Assembly (NCBI GenBank): GCA_963709345.1
Contig: CAVPVX010000007.1
Span: forward strand, 224,001 to 288,000
Direction of reading: 5' to 3'
DNA: 64,000 nucleotides
Origin: an uncultured Actinomycetes bacterium
GTDB lineage: Bacteria; Actinomycetota; Thermoleophilia; UBA2241
Part shown: positions 1-10,770 of the stretch, piece by piece
Numbering within the stretch: the stretch's first letter is position 1
How the letters are laid out: each line of letters opens with the position of its first letter
The notes under the pieces: model-generated
What the model was told of the DNA's origin: nothing
Databases searched by the model: none
What the model saw: only the letters and a program-made list of their open reading frames with translations
Position numbers and translations under genes: made by a program

Positions 1-729
1 GCTCTGGAGCCGCCCGACGTGGCGACGAGCCCGGTGCTCGGCCGCGCCCTGCGAGCCATCGAAATCCTCAAGGAGCGCTCGCACGACGTGCCCATCGTCG
101 GCTCCGTCGTGTCGCCCTTCTCCCTGCCGGTCATGCAGCTCGGCTTCGAGGCCTATCTCGACCTCATGGTCGAGCGCCGCGACTTGTTCGACCGCCTGAT
201 GGCCGTGAACGAAGAGTTCTGCGTGGCGTGGGCAAACGCCCAGTTCGCAGCCGGGGCCACAGCCGTCGCCTACTTCGACCCGGTCTCTTCCACGACGTGC
301 GTCACGCCGCAGATGTATCTGGGCACCGGCTTCAAGGTGGCGCAGCGCACCATCGCCCGTATCCAGGGCCCCACGGCCACGCACTTCGCCTCCGGACGCT
401 GCGCCGGCATCATCGACGACGTGGCGCAGACCGGCACCGCGGGCGTCGGGGTGAGTGGCGAGGAGGATCTCGCCGCACTCAAACGAGCCGCCGCCGGCAA
501 GCTCACCTTGCTCGGCAACCTCAATGGGATCACCATGCGCAACTGGACGGCGGAGCAGGCGGAGGCCGAGGTCAAGGCGGCCATCGCCGCAGCCGCTCCC
601 GGCGGCGGGTTCATCCTCTCGGACAACCACGGCGAGATCCCCTTCCAGGTGCCCGACGAGGTCCTGCACGCGATCGCCGCAGCGACGCGCCGCTGGGGAC
701 GGTACCCCATCGACTGGGTCGATGACTGA
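1..729 (+). CDS. Uroporphyrinogen decarboxylase / MtaA-CmuA methyltransferase family protein (5' end outside window)
   Basis: Frame is open from the window edge; motifs VVSPFSL, YFDPVSS, LLGNLNG, PGGGFILS...EIP are typical of the URO-D/MtaA fold. Confidence 0.85.
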   Translation, partial: ALEPPDVATSPVLGRALRAIEILKERSHDVPIVGSVVSPFSLPVMQLGFEAYLDLMVERRDLFDRLMAVNEEFCVAWANAQFAAGATAVAYFDPVSSTTCVTPQMYLGTGFKVAQRTIARIQGPTATHFASGRCAGIIDDVAQTGTAGVGVSGEEDLAALKRAAAGKLTLLGNLNGITMRNWTAEQAEAEVKAAIAAAAPGGGFILSDNHGEIPFQVPDEVLHAIAAATRRWGRYPIDWVDD

Positions 730-2728
730 CGGCAGACTCAGGATCCACGTCTGCACGAACTTCGCTCCCGATGTGCGCGCGGCGCTGCCAAAGCAACTGG
801 AAAGCGGCGTCGAGGTCGTGGAGTTCGCCGCCGACTGCGTCGGGTCGCAAGCCGACTGCGAGGCGTCCTGCGAGCGGATGCTCGATCCGGACGCCGCGCG
901 CACGCAGTCGATGGCCGGCGACTCGCGGATCACGATCTCGCACACGGCCGGTGGAGACGACGTCTGTGCCCTGCGCTGCACCGGCCCCGCCGGCTACCGG
1001 CTCGTCAACCACGAGATCGCCGAGCAGCTCGTCGCCGACGGCGCCTACCTTCTCACCCCAGGCTGGGCGCAGCGGTGGCGGAGCTATCTGCGAGCCCAGG
1101 GCTTCGATCGAACGCTCGCAAGGCAGTACTTCCACGAATTCGCCTCGCAACTGGTACTGCTCGACACCGGCACCGACCCACAGGCGCTGGAGCGTCTCCA
1201 CGAGATGGGCGTCTTCCTCGACCTGCCCACACGACGGCTGCCGTGTGGCCTCGACTACCTCCGGCTGTTCCTCACCGGCCTGGTGCTCGAATGGCGGCTG
1301 GACTCCCGGGGCGCGGCGCGTGACGGGGTCGATGACCAGGCCGCGGCCCGGCAGGCCGAGTACGCCGTCACACTCGACATGCTGGGCACCCTGACTGGTC
1401 TCACCGACGAGGACGAGGTCGCCGACCGAGTGCTCGACCTGATCACGCTGCTCTTCGCGCCCGGCCGGCTGCATCTGCTGACCATCGAGGGTGGGCGGCC
1501 GGGCGAGTTGCGTTCCCGTCCCTCGACACCGACGCCTGCGGCCCGGACGATCGCGGCACGGCTTGCTGCGCTGACCGGAGACTTCGAGCTCACTGACGAC
1601 GGATTCCTCCTGCTCGTCGGGAACGGCGACGACCGCGCCGCTGTCGAGCTCGGCGACTTCGCCCTGCCCGACAAGCGCGATGATTACCTCAATCTTGCGC
1701 TCACCCTGGCCGGCGCCTTCGACCTCGCCCTGGCGAACTCGCGCAGCTTCGGGCGCCTGGAGCGCGCCCGCCTGGAGCTGAGCGCTTCCGAAGAGCGGTA
1801 TCGCGCGCTCATGGAGCAGGCCACCGACGCGATAGTGCTCGTCGACGTCAAGGGGTCGGTCCTGGAAGCGAACGGTCAGGCGCTACGCCTGATGGGCAAG
1901 CCCCGCGACGAAGTCGTGGGGCTTCCTGCAGAGGCTCTGCACGCCGGCGCCATCCAACACGCGATGCACGGCTGTCTGGAGGGCCTCCTCAGAGACGGCG
2001 TCGCCGCCGTCGACGACATTCGCCTGACGCGACCAGACGGTGAAGAGGCCGTCATCGACGCCAGGTTCTCCATGGTCAGCGTCGCCGGCCGGCGCATCGC
2101 TCAGGGTATCTTCCGCGACGTCACGGAGCGTGAGCGCTCGGCGCGGATGCTCGAGGCGCTGTCGCTCGAAGACCCCCTGACCGGGCTGCGCAATCGGCGC
2201 GGCTTCACGATTCTGGCCGAGCAGGAGCTCAAAACGGCGGCCCGTCTCGGTCGGCCGCTTCTCCTGCTCTACGCCGACCTCGACGGGCTGAAGCCGATCA
2301 ACGACGGACAGGGCCATGCGGCCGGCGACAGCCTCCTGCGAGAGACGGCGGAAGTGCTGTCCGGCTGCTTCCGCGACATGGACGTCGTCGCCCGGGTCGG
2401 CGGTGACGAGTTCGCGATCCTGCAGATCGACGCCGCCGCCGGAGCGGAAGCGTCCGTCCGCAGGCGGCTGGAGCTGGCGACCGCGGCGGTCAACGCGAGG
2501 CCGGACCGCCGCTACATCCTCTCGCTCTCAGTTGGCGCCGTCGCGTTCGACCCGGCGGCGCCCGCGGCGCTTGATGACCTGCTGCGGCTCGCCGACGCGC
2601 GCATGTACGCGGACAAACGAGCCCGGAAGGCGGGCAACACAGGCCGCGACCGGCAGCGAAGAGGCGTCGCCACGGCCCGAGAGCCGGGCGGCGCGCGCAC
2701 GGAGGGCCCCGCCGCGCCTGGTCGATGA
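722..2728 (+). CDS. Diguanylate cyclase with N-terminal DUF1638-like domain and PAS domain
   Basis: ATG at 722 overlaps the upstream gene end; GAYLLTPGW...LLDTG (DUF1638-like), EERYRALMEQATDAI (PAS), DPLTGLRNRR, RDMD I-site, intact GGDEF. Confidence 0.88.
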   Translation: MTDGRLRIHVCTNFAPDVRAALPKQLESGVEVVEFAADCVGSQADCEASCERMLDPDAARTQSMAGDSRITISHTAGGDDVCALRCTGPAGYRLVNHEIAEQLVADGAYLLTPGWAQRWRSYLRAQGFDRTLARQYFHEFASQLVLLDTGTDPQALERLHEMGVFLDLPTRRLPCGLDYLRLFLTGLVLEWRLDSRGAARDGVDDQAAARQAEYAVTLDMLGTLTGLTDEDEVADRVLDLITLLFAPGRLHLLTIEGGRPGELRSRPSTPTPAARTIAARLAALTGDFELTDDGFLLLVGNGDDRAAVELGDFALPDKRDDYLNLALTLAGAFDLALANSRSFGRLERARLELSASEERYRALMEQATDAIVLVDVKGSVLEANGQALRLMGKPRDEVVGLPAEALHAGAIQHAMHGCLEGLLRDGVAAVDDIRLTRPDGEEAVIDARFSMVSVAGRRIAQGIFRDVTERERSARMLEALSLEDPLTGLRNRRGFTILAEQELKTAARLGRPLLLLYADLDGLKPINDGQGHAAGDSLLRETAEVLSGCFRDMDVVARVGGDEFAILQIDAAAGAEASVRRRLELATAAVNARPDRRYILSLSVGAVAFDPAAPAALDDLLRLADARMYADKRARKAGNTGRDRQRRGVATAREPGGARTEGPAAPGR

Positions 2729-3146
2729 AGGCGAACCCCCGCTCGAACACCCGGCCGCAGGCGGCGGCCACGCCCGGGTCGTAGAGGCGGCCGGGCTTGG
2801 TGAGGATCTCCGCCGGCGCCGCCACCTCGCCGATGTCGTGGACCTCACCGGCGAGGATCAGCGTCTCGAGGGCCTCGCCGTCGATGCCGGGCTCGACCGC
2901 GAGCGCCACGGCAAACTGCGTCACGCGGCGCTCGTGGCCGTCGGGGCACGGGTCGCGCGTCTCCACCAGCGCGCCGACGGTGTCGCGGACCAACTCGCCA
3001 CGCGAATGCACAGACCGGATCTCGCCGTCGTGATCCACTACTGCAGACGAGAACGAGAAGGCGTCGTTCAGGCCGTCGAACAGATCGTGGAGCTTGAGAG
3101 CGTCCAGCAGGTCCCCGAGCTTGCAGCGCGACGGCACGGTCATCAT
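2490..3146 (-). pseudogene. Internally deleted HD-GYP phosphodiesterase remnant with PocR-like N-terminus
   Basis: RDPCPDGHERRV...HDIGEVAAPAEILTKPGRL jumps straight to YDPGVAAAC; the HHE/GYP core is missing; frame runs on into the cyclase 3' end. Confidence 0.65.
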
Positions 3147-3420
3147 CCCTCACCCGTCATGACGGTCGATCGCCTCTCTCCGCACGGTCTCGTGTCCCCC
3201 AAGAACCGCCGCGCCGGCGGTCGTCTCGTGAGCTTCGCCCAGACATGATGCACCCACCGATCGTGCATCGGCACGCACTGCCGCAGACTGTGCTGCGGCC
3301 CGTCTGCCCTGTGCTGCCGCAGAGCCGTGTCGAGCCATCCCCTCTAAGGTAGACTTGCCCCGCGCCACTCGCGGGCCGCGCACAGGGCGCGGCCCGCCGA
3401 CACGAGGGAAGGAGGGCGAC

Positions 3421-4290
3421 ATGACACTCAAGCTCGGTCTACCCAAGGGGAGCCTCGAGCACGCGACCATCGACCTCTTCCGCCGCGCCGGCTTTCTCAT
3501 CACCGTCGCGGAGCGCTCCTACTTCCCGGCCATCGACGATCCGGACATCGAGTGCATGCTCGTGCGCGCCCAGGAGATGGCGCGCTACATCGAAGATGGC
3601 GCGCTCGACTGCGGCCTCACCGGCCGCGACTGGGTGGTCGAGAACGAGGCGACCGTCCACACCGTGAGCGACCTCGTGTACGCCAAACAGAGCTTCGGCC
3701 GGGTCCGCTGGGTGCTCGCCGTCCCCGAGGCGTCCCCCGTCCGGACCGCCTCCGACCTCGAAGGCAAGATCGTCGCCACCGAACTCGTCGGCGTCACCAG
3801 GCGCTGGTTCGCCAAGCGCGACGTCGGCGCCAAGATCGAGTTCAGCTGGGGCGCCACCGAAGCCAAGCTGCCCGAGCTCGCGGACGCCATCGTGGAGGTC
3901 ACCGAGACGGGCAGTTCCCTGCGCGCCAACAAGCTGCGCGTCGTCGAGACGGTGCTCGAGAGCACGACGCAGCTGATCGCCAACGAGTCCGCGTGGCAGG
4001 ACGCGGACAAGCGCCGCAAGATCGAGGACGTCGCCATGCTTCTGCAGGGCGCCATCGCGGCTCTCGACAAGGTCGGGCTGATGCTGAACGTCCAGGCCGG
4101 CGACCTCGACAGGGTGCTCGCCGTCCTCCCCGCGCTCCGCAACCCGACCATCTCGCACCTCAGTGACGAGGGCTGGCTCGCCGTCAACACGATCCTCGAA
4201 GAGAGCGTGGTGCGCACGATCATCCCCCGCCTGAAGGAAGCCGGCGCCGAGGGCATCGTCGAGTTCCCTCTCAACAAGATCGTGATGTAG
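3421..4290 (+). CDS. hisG: ATP phosphoribosyltransferase, long form
   Basis: [39 protein letters not shown]-terminal regulatory domain; GGAGG RBS upstream. Confidence 0.96.
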   Translation: MTLKLGLPKGSLEHATIDLFRRAGFLITVAERSYFPAIDDPDIECMLVRAQEMARYIEDGALDCGLTGRDWVVENEATVHTVSDLVYAKQSFGRVRWVLAVPEASPVRTASDLEGKIVATELVGVTRRWFAKRDVGAKIEFSWGATEAKLPELADAIVEVTETGSSLRANKLRVVETVLESTTQLIANESAWQDADKRRKIEDVAMLLQGAIAALDKVGLMLNVQAGDLDRVLAVLPALRNPTISHLSDEGWLAVNTILEESVVRTIIPRLKEAGAEGIVEFPLNKIVM

Positions 4291-4308
4291 CCGCCGGCCG
4301 CAGCGTCC

Positions 4309-5070
4309 TCAGGCGCCGGGGAGCCGGCGAGCCGCCGCGAGCGCATCGCGCTCGCTCAGGCGGCCGTACGTCGGCGCCAGTTCGTGCGCCGTCACCGGCA
4401 GCCAGATGAACCCGTCGCGCTCGTCGCCCACCGGCGTCGCAAGGCCTTGGGCGAAGCGCCGGGCGGTGAGAGCGGCCGCGAGCGCATCGAGCGAGTCGTG
4501 GTCGAAGTAGCCGTCCCAGACGAGACCGGCCGCGCGGAGTGCGGCGACGCGCGCGTGCAGGCCGGCGCGGCCGGTCTTCGGCGGCGGGGTACCGCCGAGC
4601 AGGGTCACGAAGGTGGCGTGCGGGTACACCTCGAGCGCTGCCGGCGCCTGCCCGAGCGCCGCCGGCAGGGAGCCGGGGGCCGGCGGCTCGTAGCCGTGCC
4701 GGCCCAGCTCCTTGAAGTAGTCCCAGCCCGTCTGCATCCAGCCGTAGCGCGCGCCGGCCGCGACGGCCGCGGCGCGCGTCGGCACCTGGTAGATGGAGAT
4801 GCGCCGCCCGGCGAGATCGGCGTCGCATGCCCGCGGGCGCGGAGCGCCTGCGGCGCGCGCCCGCCGCGGCCTCTGCGGCGCGTCGACGCCGACCGCGACC
4901 GCTCCAAGGCCGTCAAGCCACTCCAGCAGACGACCCCGGTCGCCGGCGATGCGCTCGTCGGACTCCCGCCAGCTCTCGACTTCGAGCGTGCGCCCGCAGC
5001 GCAAGGCAACGGCCACGCATGGCCGGCTGGCGGCGATGTCGATCCCGACGACGACCTGCCCCGTATCCAT
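4309..5070 (-). CDS. DUF429-family protein (predicted RNase H-like nuclease fold)
   Basis: VVGIDIA, VGVDAP, R.CD, LEVYPHA, DSLDALAAA, GFIWLP. Confidence 0.75.
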   Translation of the reverse strand: MDTGQVVVGIDIAASRPCVAVALRCGRTLEVESWRESDERIAGDRGRLLEWLDGLGAVAVGVDAPQRPRRARAAGAPRPRACDADLAGRRISIYQVPTRAAAVAAGARYGWMQTGWDYFKELGRHGYEPPAPGSLPAALGQAPAALEVYPHATFVTLLGGTPPPKTGRAGLHARVAALRAAGLVWDGYFDHDSLDALAAALTARRFAQGLATPVGDERDGFIWLPVTAHELAPTYGRLSERDALAAARRLPGA

Positions 5071-5151
5071 ACGGGCAGACTAGCAGACCCGGGAGCGGGG
5101 GCGAAGAGCCGGCGCCGTGACAGAAGGCCGAGAGCCCCAGCCGCCTGTGGA

Positions 5152-6448
5152 TCAGGGAGCCTTCAGCGTGACGTCGCGCACACCCCAGACCGACCAGTTC
5201 GGGTAGTTCCCGCGCGCGACGAAGCCGATCACGTTGCGGCTCTTGGCCTTCAACGCGGCCGCCGGGATCGTCACCTCACGGAACGGGCTCCACTTCTTGA
5301 CGGCGCCCGCGGGTAGTCTGCCCATGTCCTGCCAGTTCACGACGAGGCGCACCTCGCTCGCCTGGACGTCGTAGAGCCTGAAGCGAAGGACGCGCTCACC
5401 CGCCTGGCCGGAGGTCTGGTAGAAGACCTCCTTCGGGTGCGTGCGGTCGGCGGCGCAGTACCCCAGTCGGGCCGCGTGCGGCAGATCGAGCGGCAGCGCC
5501 TTACGCTGCCGAGGGTTGACGCGAACGTTGCGCAGAGCGGTCCAGTCGGCCTTGTTGGTCGTCGCCCAGTCGTACATGCTGCCGCCCAGCGCGCCGTTCT
5601 CACGCAGGGCACGGACGTACGCCTTGGTCTCGGTGCCCGACGACTTGGCGGCGTCGCCGGCGATCACGTGGATGGGGATGGACGGCCGGCCGGTCTTCTC
5701 GCGGATGATGCGTATGTTGTCGCGCGTGTCGCGGTACGCATTGGCGTAGCCGTCGCCGTGGTACGTGTAGTACCCCATCGGCACGAAGACGTTGTAGATG
5801 CCGGCCAGCGTCTTGTACGGGAAGTTCGGCCAGTAGCCCGTGTGCATGGCCATGCCGGCCGGCGACGGGGTGATGGCTCCGAGCGTGTAGCTCGAGCCGA
5901 CGGCCGCACGGATCCTCTTCGACAACGTCTTGAGCCGACTGTTGCGCACCTTCACGCTTCTTGACGATGCTCGCCTCGATGTCGAGGGCGAACGAGTCGA
6001 ACTTCTGCCCGTCGGACGTGCGGAAGCGGATCGCCGCCATGCTGCGCTTGTAGTCTTTGGCGACATCCTTGAAGCCCGGCAGATACCAGGCCACGACCTT
6101 GATGCCACGGGCGTGGCACTGCCGGATGAGCGCCGCGACCGCGTCACGCCGGAAGATCGTGTCGGCGTTCTCGGGCTTGTGGTAGTTCGCCGTCTCGAGA
6201 TACAGGGTCCGGACGCCCTGCGCCTGCATGTGCTTGGCCGCGGCGGCCGGGTTGTCCAGCGCCTTGGCGTCGTACATGTCGACCCAGGTGCCGAGGCCAC
6301 GGTAGGCGTTGATCGAGACTCCGGCGGCCGCCTGCGGCAGCGCTGCGGCCGCGAGCGCCGCGAGGAGCACGAGCGCCGCGAGCGAGACTGCGAGGCGGCG
6401 GCGTGGAGCCCGGCGCCCGGAGGATCCAAAGGAAGGAAGGACGATCAC
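5152..6448 (-). pseudogene. Secreted TIM-barrel glycoside-hydrolase-like protein, one frameshift at ~5958 (possibly an assembly error)
   Basis: Signal peptide, then GLGTWVD, GIKVVAWYLP, FALDIE in one frame; continues as SVKVRN...VPMGYY...IHVIAG in another; junction AAG-A-AGC has one extra base. Confidence 0.7.
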
Positions 6449-6571
6449 GTACACACCCCCACGGTGGCTGTCGGTGCGAGCCCAAGTATACGACGTCGGC
6501 GGCCGAGACGCCTGCGGCGGCCGGCCCCGACCGTGGTACTGTGCACCGGACACCGTCGCGAAGGAGGTCCC

Positions 6572-7090
6572 GTGAGCATCGACTACGTCCTGCAGCAGCT
6601 CGGCGCCACCGAGGATATCCGCTACACCGAGCGCCACCACTGGGTCTTCTTCGTCGCCGAGATGATCCGCTGGATCCTGTTCGCGGTGGTCGTGCTCGCC
6701 CTCATCATCATGCTGCGGGTCTGGTGGCTTCCGGACGCCGGCTGGGTGTGGTGGCTGCTGCTGCTCTTCCTCGTGCCGGCCGGACGCATCGCCTGGGGAT
6801 TCCTGTCGTGGCGCATGAACGTCTACGTGCTCACCAACCGGCGCGTGATCGAGTCGACGGGAGTGCTGAGCAAGCGCGTCTCCGACTCGTCACTCGAGAA
6901 GCTCACCGACATCGTCCTCAAGCAGTCGATCCTCGGCCGCATGCTGGGCTACGGGGACATCGTCGTCCTCACGGCGGCGGCCGGCGCAGGCGTCAACCAC
7001 CTCAAGCAGATCCGTAAGCCCATGGAGTTCAAGACCCAGATGCTCGACGCCAAGGAAGAACTCGAGCGCGAAGTCGGCCGCAGCGACTGA
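6572..7090 (+). CDS. Membrane protein with bacterial PH (bPH_2) domain
   Basis: AAGGAGG RBS then GTG; two TM helices; YVLTNRRVI...GVLSK...QSILGRMLGYGDI. Confidence 0.85.
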   Translation: MSIDYVLQQLGATEDIRYTERHHWVFFVAEMIRWILFAVVVLALIIMLRVWWLPDAGWVWWLLLLFLVPAGRIAWGFLSWRMNVYVLTNRRVIESTGVLSKRVSDSSLEKLTDIVLKQSILGRMLGYGDIVVLTAAAGAGVNHLKQIRKPMEFKTQMLDAKEELEREVGRSD

Positions 7091-7258
7091 CGCCGCGGCC
7101 GCCGGACGTCTGCTGTCGCGTGCGCGACGAGTTCGGCCGCGCACATCGAGGAGTACGTCGCCGGGCACTGACCGCCGCTGTCGGCCGGCGCGACGCGGCC
7201 CGCGCGGAGCAGGTCCGTCAGCACCGGGGCCGGTCCGCACGACGCACCCTGCCGGGGC

Positions 7259-7678
7259 TCAGGCTCCGAGAAGCCGATCGAAGGCGAAGAGCGCAGCGGC
7301 GACGGCCTCACGATCGATCGTGTAGAAGGTCCACTTGCCGCGCACCTCGGCGCGCATCAGGCCGGCGTCGCGCAACACCTTCAGGTGATACGACACCTTG
7401 GATTGCGCCAAGCCGAACTGCTCCTGGAACTCGCAGACGCAGATGCCCCGAGGCTGCCCGGCTCCCGGAACGCCGCGAGACGCGGGGTCGGGCAGCTCGC
7501 AGCAGCTTCTCCCCTGTTCAACGACGTCGAGCATCTCGAGCCGGATCGGATCGGAGAGCGCCTTCGCCACGAGGGCCAGCCGCGCCAGGTCGCGCTGGCC
7601 GAATCGCGCGCGGCACGACGACGGAGGGTCGCTCGTCCGCCCGTGTCGCGCGTCCCTGATCCCCGCCTGAGCACTCAT
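7259..7678 (-). CDS. arsR: ArsR/SmtB family transcriptional repressor
   Basis: KALSDPIRLEML, CVCEF, QSKVSYHLKVLRDAGL, RGKWTFY; extra CC in an insertion. Confidence 0.9.
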   Translation of the reverse strand: MSAQAGIRDARHGRTSDPPSSCRARFGQRDLARLALVAKALSDPIRLEMLDVVEQGRSCCELPDPASRGVPGAGQPRGICVCEFQEQFGLAQSKVSYHLKVLRDAGLMRAEVRGKWTFYTIDREAVAAALFAFDRLLGA

Positions 7679-7714
7679 GGCCGCGATCGTACCACAGCTT
7701 TTCTTGATTTGGGG

Positions 7715-7742
7715 TTGACCGCAGTCCCTGCCGCCGTATGAT
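7715..7742 (+). promoter_or_regulatory. Putative sigma70-type promoter of arsM
   Basis: TTGACC-N16-TATGAT in an AT-rich divergent spacer. Confidence 0.55.
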
Positions 7743-7782
7743 AGTAACGAAACAAGTTGATTTGACGAAGCGAGAGGACGAC

Positions 7783-8634
7783 ATGAGCGAACGACCGGCC
7801 GAGGGCCTCAAGGATCAGATCCGCAACCACTACGCGGAGCGCGCCGTCGCGGCTGCGCAGCCACAGCCGTGCGGGTGCGGCTGCAGCTGCGGCCCCGCCG
7901 CCGTCGAGCCGCGGGAGGATATCGCGCGGGGACTCTACGCGATCGACGAGACCAGCGCGCTGCCGGCCGAGGCGGTCCTCGCCAGCCTCGGCTGTGGCAA
8001 CCCGACGTCGCTCGCCGACCTGCAGCCCGGCGACGTCGTCCTCGACCTCGGCAGCGGCGGCGGCATCGACGTGTTGCTCTCGGCCCGGCGCGTCGGCCCC
8101 ACCGGCAAGGCCTACGGGCTCGACATGACCGACGAGATGCTCGCGTTGGCTCGTGAGAACCGGCGCAAGGCCGGCGTGGACAACGTCGAGTTCCTCAGGG
8201 GCGACATCGAGAACATCCCGCTCCCCGATGCTTCGGTCGACGTCATCATCAGCAACTGCGTCATCAACCTCTCGCTCGACAAAGACCGGGTGTTGGCCGA
8301 AGCCTTTCGGGTTCTCAAGCCCGGCGGGCGCTTCGCGGTCAGCGACATCCTCTTCCAGGGCGACGTAGGCAGGATCCCACAGAGTCTGCTCGACGATACG
8401 GAAGCGTGGGCCGGATGTGTCGCCGGCGCGCTCGAGGAAGAGGACTTCCTGGCGCGCCTCGGCACGGCGGGGTTCGTCGACGCCGGCGTCGAGGTCACCG
8501 CCATCTACGACGGCTCACCTGACAACAGCGTCTGCGGCGCGCCGGCGCTCCCGGACGGCGTCCGGCTGATCAGCGGCTTCGTGCGCGCCGTGAAGCCGAG
8601 CGCCGGCGGCTGCTGCGGCGGCTGCTGCTGCTGA
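7783..8634 (+). CDS. arsM: Arsenite S-adenosylmethionine methyltransferase
   Basis: [42 protein letters not shown]; Cys-rich termini. Confidence 0.93.
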   Translation: MSERPAEGLKDQIRNHYAERAVAAAQPQPCGCGCSCGPAAVEPREDIARGLYAIDETSALPAEAVLASLGCGNPTSLADLQPGDVVLDLGSGGGIDVLLSARRVGPTGKAYGLDMTDEMLALARENRRKAGVDNVEFLRGDIENIPLPDASVDVIISNCVINLSLDKDRVLAEAFRVLKPGGRFAVSDILFQGDVGRIPQSLLDDTEAWAGCVAGALEEEDFLARLGTAGFVDAGVEVTAIYDGSPDNSVCGAPALPDGVRLISGFVRAVKPSAGGCCGGCCC

Positions 8635-8676
8635 AGCGGCGCGCGACACCCGGCCACACGCAATCGGACGTCCACC

Positions 8677-9876
8677 TCAGAGAACGAGGTTGAACAGCAG
8701 GCCGACGAACATGATGCCGACCCCGACGACGCCCAGGAACGTGGCGATGAGCGGCCACTTCAGAACCTTGCGCAGGATGATCGTCTCGGGCAGCGAGAGC
8801 GCGATGACCGCCATCATGAAGGCCAGGACGGTGCCCAGAGCGGCGCCTTTCTCGAGCAGCGCCTGGACGATCGGGATGATGCCCGCGGCGTTGGAGTACA
8901 TGGGGATGCCGAAAAGGACCGCCGCCGGCACGCTCCACCAGGCGTCGGCTCCCATGATCCCGGCCATGAAGTTCTCAGGCACGTAGCCGTGGATGACGGC
9001 GCCGACGGCGATGCCGGCGAGCACGTACGGCCACACCTTGCCGACGATGTCCTTCACCGACTGCCATGCGTAGGCAATGCGCCCCGACCAGTCGAGCTCC
9101 TCGCCGTCCTCGGCATCGCCCATGCGGATCTCGCGCACCCAATCCTCAACGTAGCGATCCATCTTGAGCCGGCCGATGATCCAGCCCGCAACGATTGCGA
9201 TGAGCAGGCCCGTGACGAGATACAGGCCGGCCACCTCCCAGCCGAACAGGCCGTAGAGCAGCACCAGCGCGACCTCGTTGACCATCGGCGCGGCGATCAG
9301 GAATGAGAAGGTGACGCCCAGCGGGATGCCCGCCTCGACGAAGCCGATGAACAACGGCACGGCGGAGCAACTGCAGAACGGGGTCACCGTACCGAGGCCC
9401 GCGGCCATCACGTTCCCCGTGGTCTCCCGACGGCCGTGGAGCAGGGCGCGGGTCCGCTGCGGGCTGAAGAACGTGCGCACGATCCCGACGCCGAAGACGA
9501 CGATGGTCAGCAGCATCAGCACCTTGACGGTGTCGTAGATGAAGAACTCGAGCGAAGACCCGAAGCGACCGTCGCCCAGATCGAGGAGGCCCTGCGTGAG
9601 CCACGTGGCGATCGGCAGCCAGTAGTGGTACGAGACCGCCCACGCGCCGACGCCGAGCACGACCCTCGTCCACAGCGGGAGACGCAGCCAGAGACGCACG
9701 AGCACCTTGTGCGGCGCGCGGCTGGGCGGCGCGCCGGGAGCCGGGGATGGAGTGGCCTCCGGCTCCGCGACGAAGGCGGCCGGCGGGGTGCCGCACTCAC
9801 ACATGGGCACGACGCGCTGCGCCTCCGGGTCCTCCTCGGCCGCGGAAGGCACAGCGTCGATCGTCTGCCGGGTCAT
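8677..9876 (-). CDS. arsP: ArsP-family permease (organoarsenical efflux)
   Basis: FFIYDTVK, TPFCSCSAVPLF, FSFLIAAPMVNE, LSLPE. Confidence 0.88.
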   Translation of the reverse strand: MTRQTIDAVPSAAEEDPEAQRVVPMCECGTPPAAFVAEPEATPSPAPGAPPSRAPHKVLVRLWLRLPLWTRVVLGVGAWAVSYHYWLPIATWLTQGLLDLGDGRFGSSLEFFIYDTVKVLMLLTIVVFGVGIVRTFFSPQRTRALLHGRRETTGNVMAAGLGTVTPFCSCSAVPLFIGFVEAGIPLGVTFSFLIAAPMVNEVALVLLYGLFGWEVAGLYLVTGLLIAIVAGWIIGRLKMDRYVEDWVREIRMGDAEDGEELDWSGRIAYAWQSVKDIVGKVWPYVLAGIAVGAVIHGYVPENFMAGIMGADAWWSVPAAVLFGIPMYSNAAGIIPIVQALLEKGAALGTVLAFMMAVIALSLPETIILRKVLKWPLIATFLGVVGVGIMFVGLLFNLVL

Positions 9877-9883
9877 GAGCGAT

Positions 9884-10633
9884 TCATCCTTCCCGAGCGT
9901 CCGCCGGCGCGGCGAAGCTGGTGATCAGTGGTGTCTGCGCAAGCCCGTCCAGGAGACGATCGTAGTCGTAGGGGACGCGCACGAACTCGACGAGGCCCTC
10001 ACCTGCGCCGAGCCCGGCCGGATCGACGATCGCGTAGCACGCCCGCCAGTCGCCATCCTTGGGCCGCCCCCCGCTCCCCACGTTCACGAACGTCGTGTCG
10101 CCGACTCGCCGCGCGTAGGGCAGGTGCGTGTGTCCGAAGAGGATGGCCGGATACGGGTACTCGCGCGCCATGCGCTCCATCGCCGAAGCGGGTCTGTCCT
10201 CGAACAGGTACTCGTTGATGCGTCGCGGGCTGCCGTGCACGGCGAGGATGTCACCGCCGGGCGTGACAAGCGTGAAGTGATCGTCGAGCGTGCGCAGATA
10301 TGACTTGACCTCGTCGGACACGGCCGTCTGGGTCCAGGCGAGCGACGCGGCGCCCTCGGCGCGCTGCTCGTCGGTCTTGTAGACGCAGCCGCAGTCGCCG
10401 GTCTCGAAGCCGATGCCTTGGTCGTAGTTGCCCATGAGGCTGGGTATGCCGCGGTCGCGCACGAGCAGAGCGACCTCGTTCGGCCAGGGCCCGTAGCCGA
10501 CCAGGTCGCCGAGAGAGAGCGCCAGACCCAGGTGGCGGGCCTCGACGTCCGCCAGGATCGCCTCGAGGCCCGGCAGATTGCCGTGCACGTCGGCGAACAC
10601 CGCAAACGGCTCGGCGGTCCGGATGGTCTTCAC
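9884..10633 (-). CDS. Metallophosphoesterase (calcineurin-like, ars-associated)
   Basis: DVHGN, GDLVGYGP, GNYD, HGSP, GHTH, NVGS; GGAGGAG RBS before GTG. Confidence 0.9.
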   Translation of the reverse strand: MKTIRTAEPFAVFADVHGNLPGLEAILADVEARHLGLALSLGDLVGYGPWPNEVALLVRDRGIPSLMGNYDQGIGFETGDCGCVYKTDEQRAEGAASLAWTQTAVSDEVKSYLRTLDDHFTLVTPGGDILAVHGSPRRINEYLFEDRPASAMERMAREYPYPAILFGHTHLPYARRVGDTTFVNVGSGGRPKDGDWRACYAIVDPAGLGAGEGLVEFVRVPYDYDRLLDGLAQTPLITSFAAPADAREG

Positions 10634-10689
10634 GCGGTGGCTCCTCCCTGAGGTTCTGGTCACGGGCGACGGCATGTCATACAATTTAT

Positions 10690-10729
10690 ATCAACGTATC
10701 TTGACCATAAACGATTGTCAATGTACGGT
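10690..10729. promoter_or_regulatory. Overlapping divergent promoters with ArsR-type operator
   Basis: ATCAA-N6-TTGAC at 10690-10705; plus strand TTGACC-N17-TACGGT; minus strand TTGACA-N17-TACGTT. Confidence 0.6.
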
Positions 10730-10770
10730 GCGCCACGTCAGCCCACGCCGGCGCCAAGGAGACGACCTCG

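Noticed and set aside
8632-8676. Selenocysteine read-through of the arsM TGA after CCC
   Set aside because: No convincing bacterial SECIS hairpin; TGA is the usual stop here and the convergent arsP ends 43 nt away
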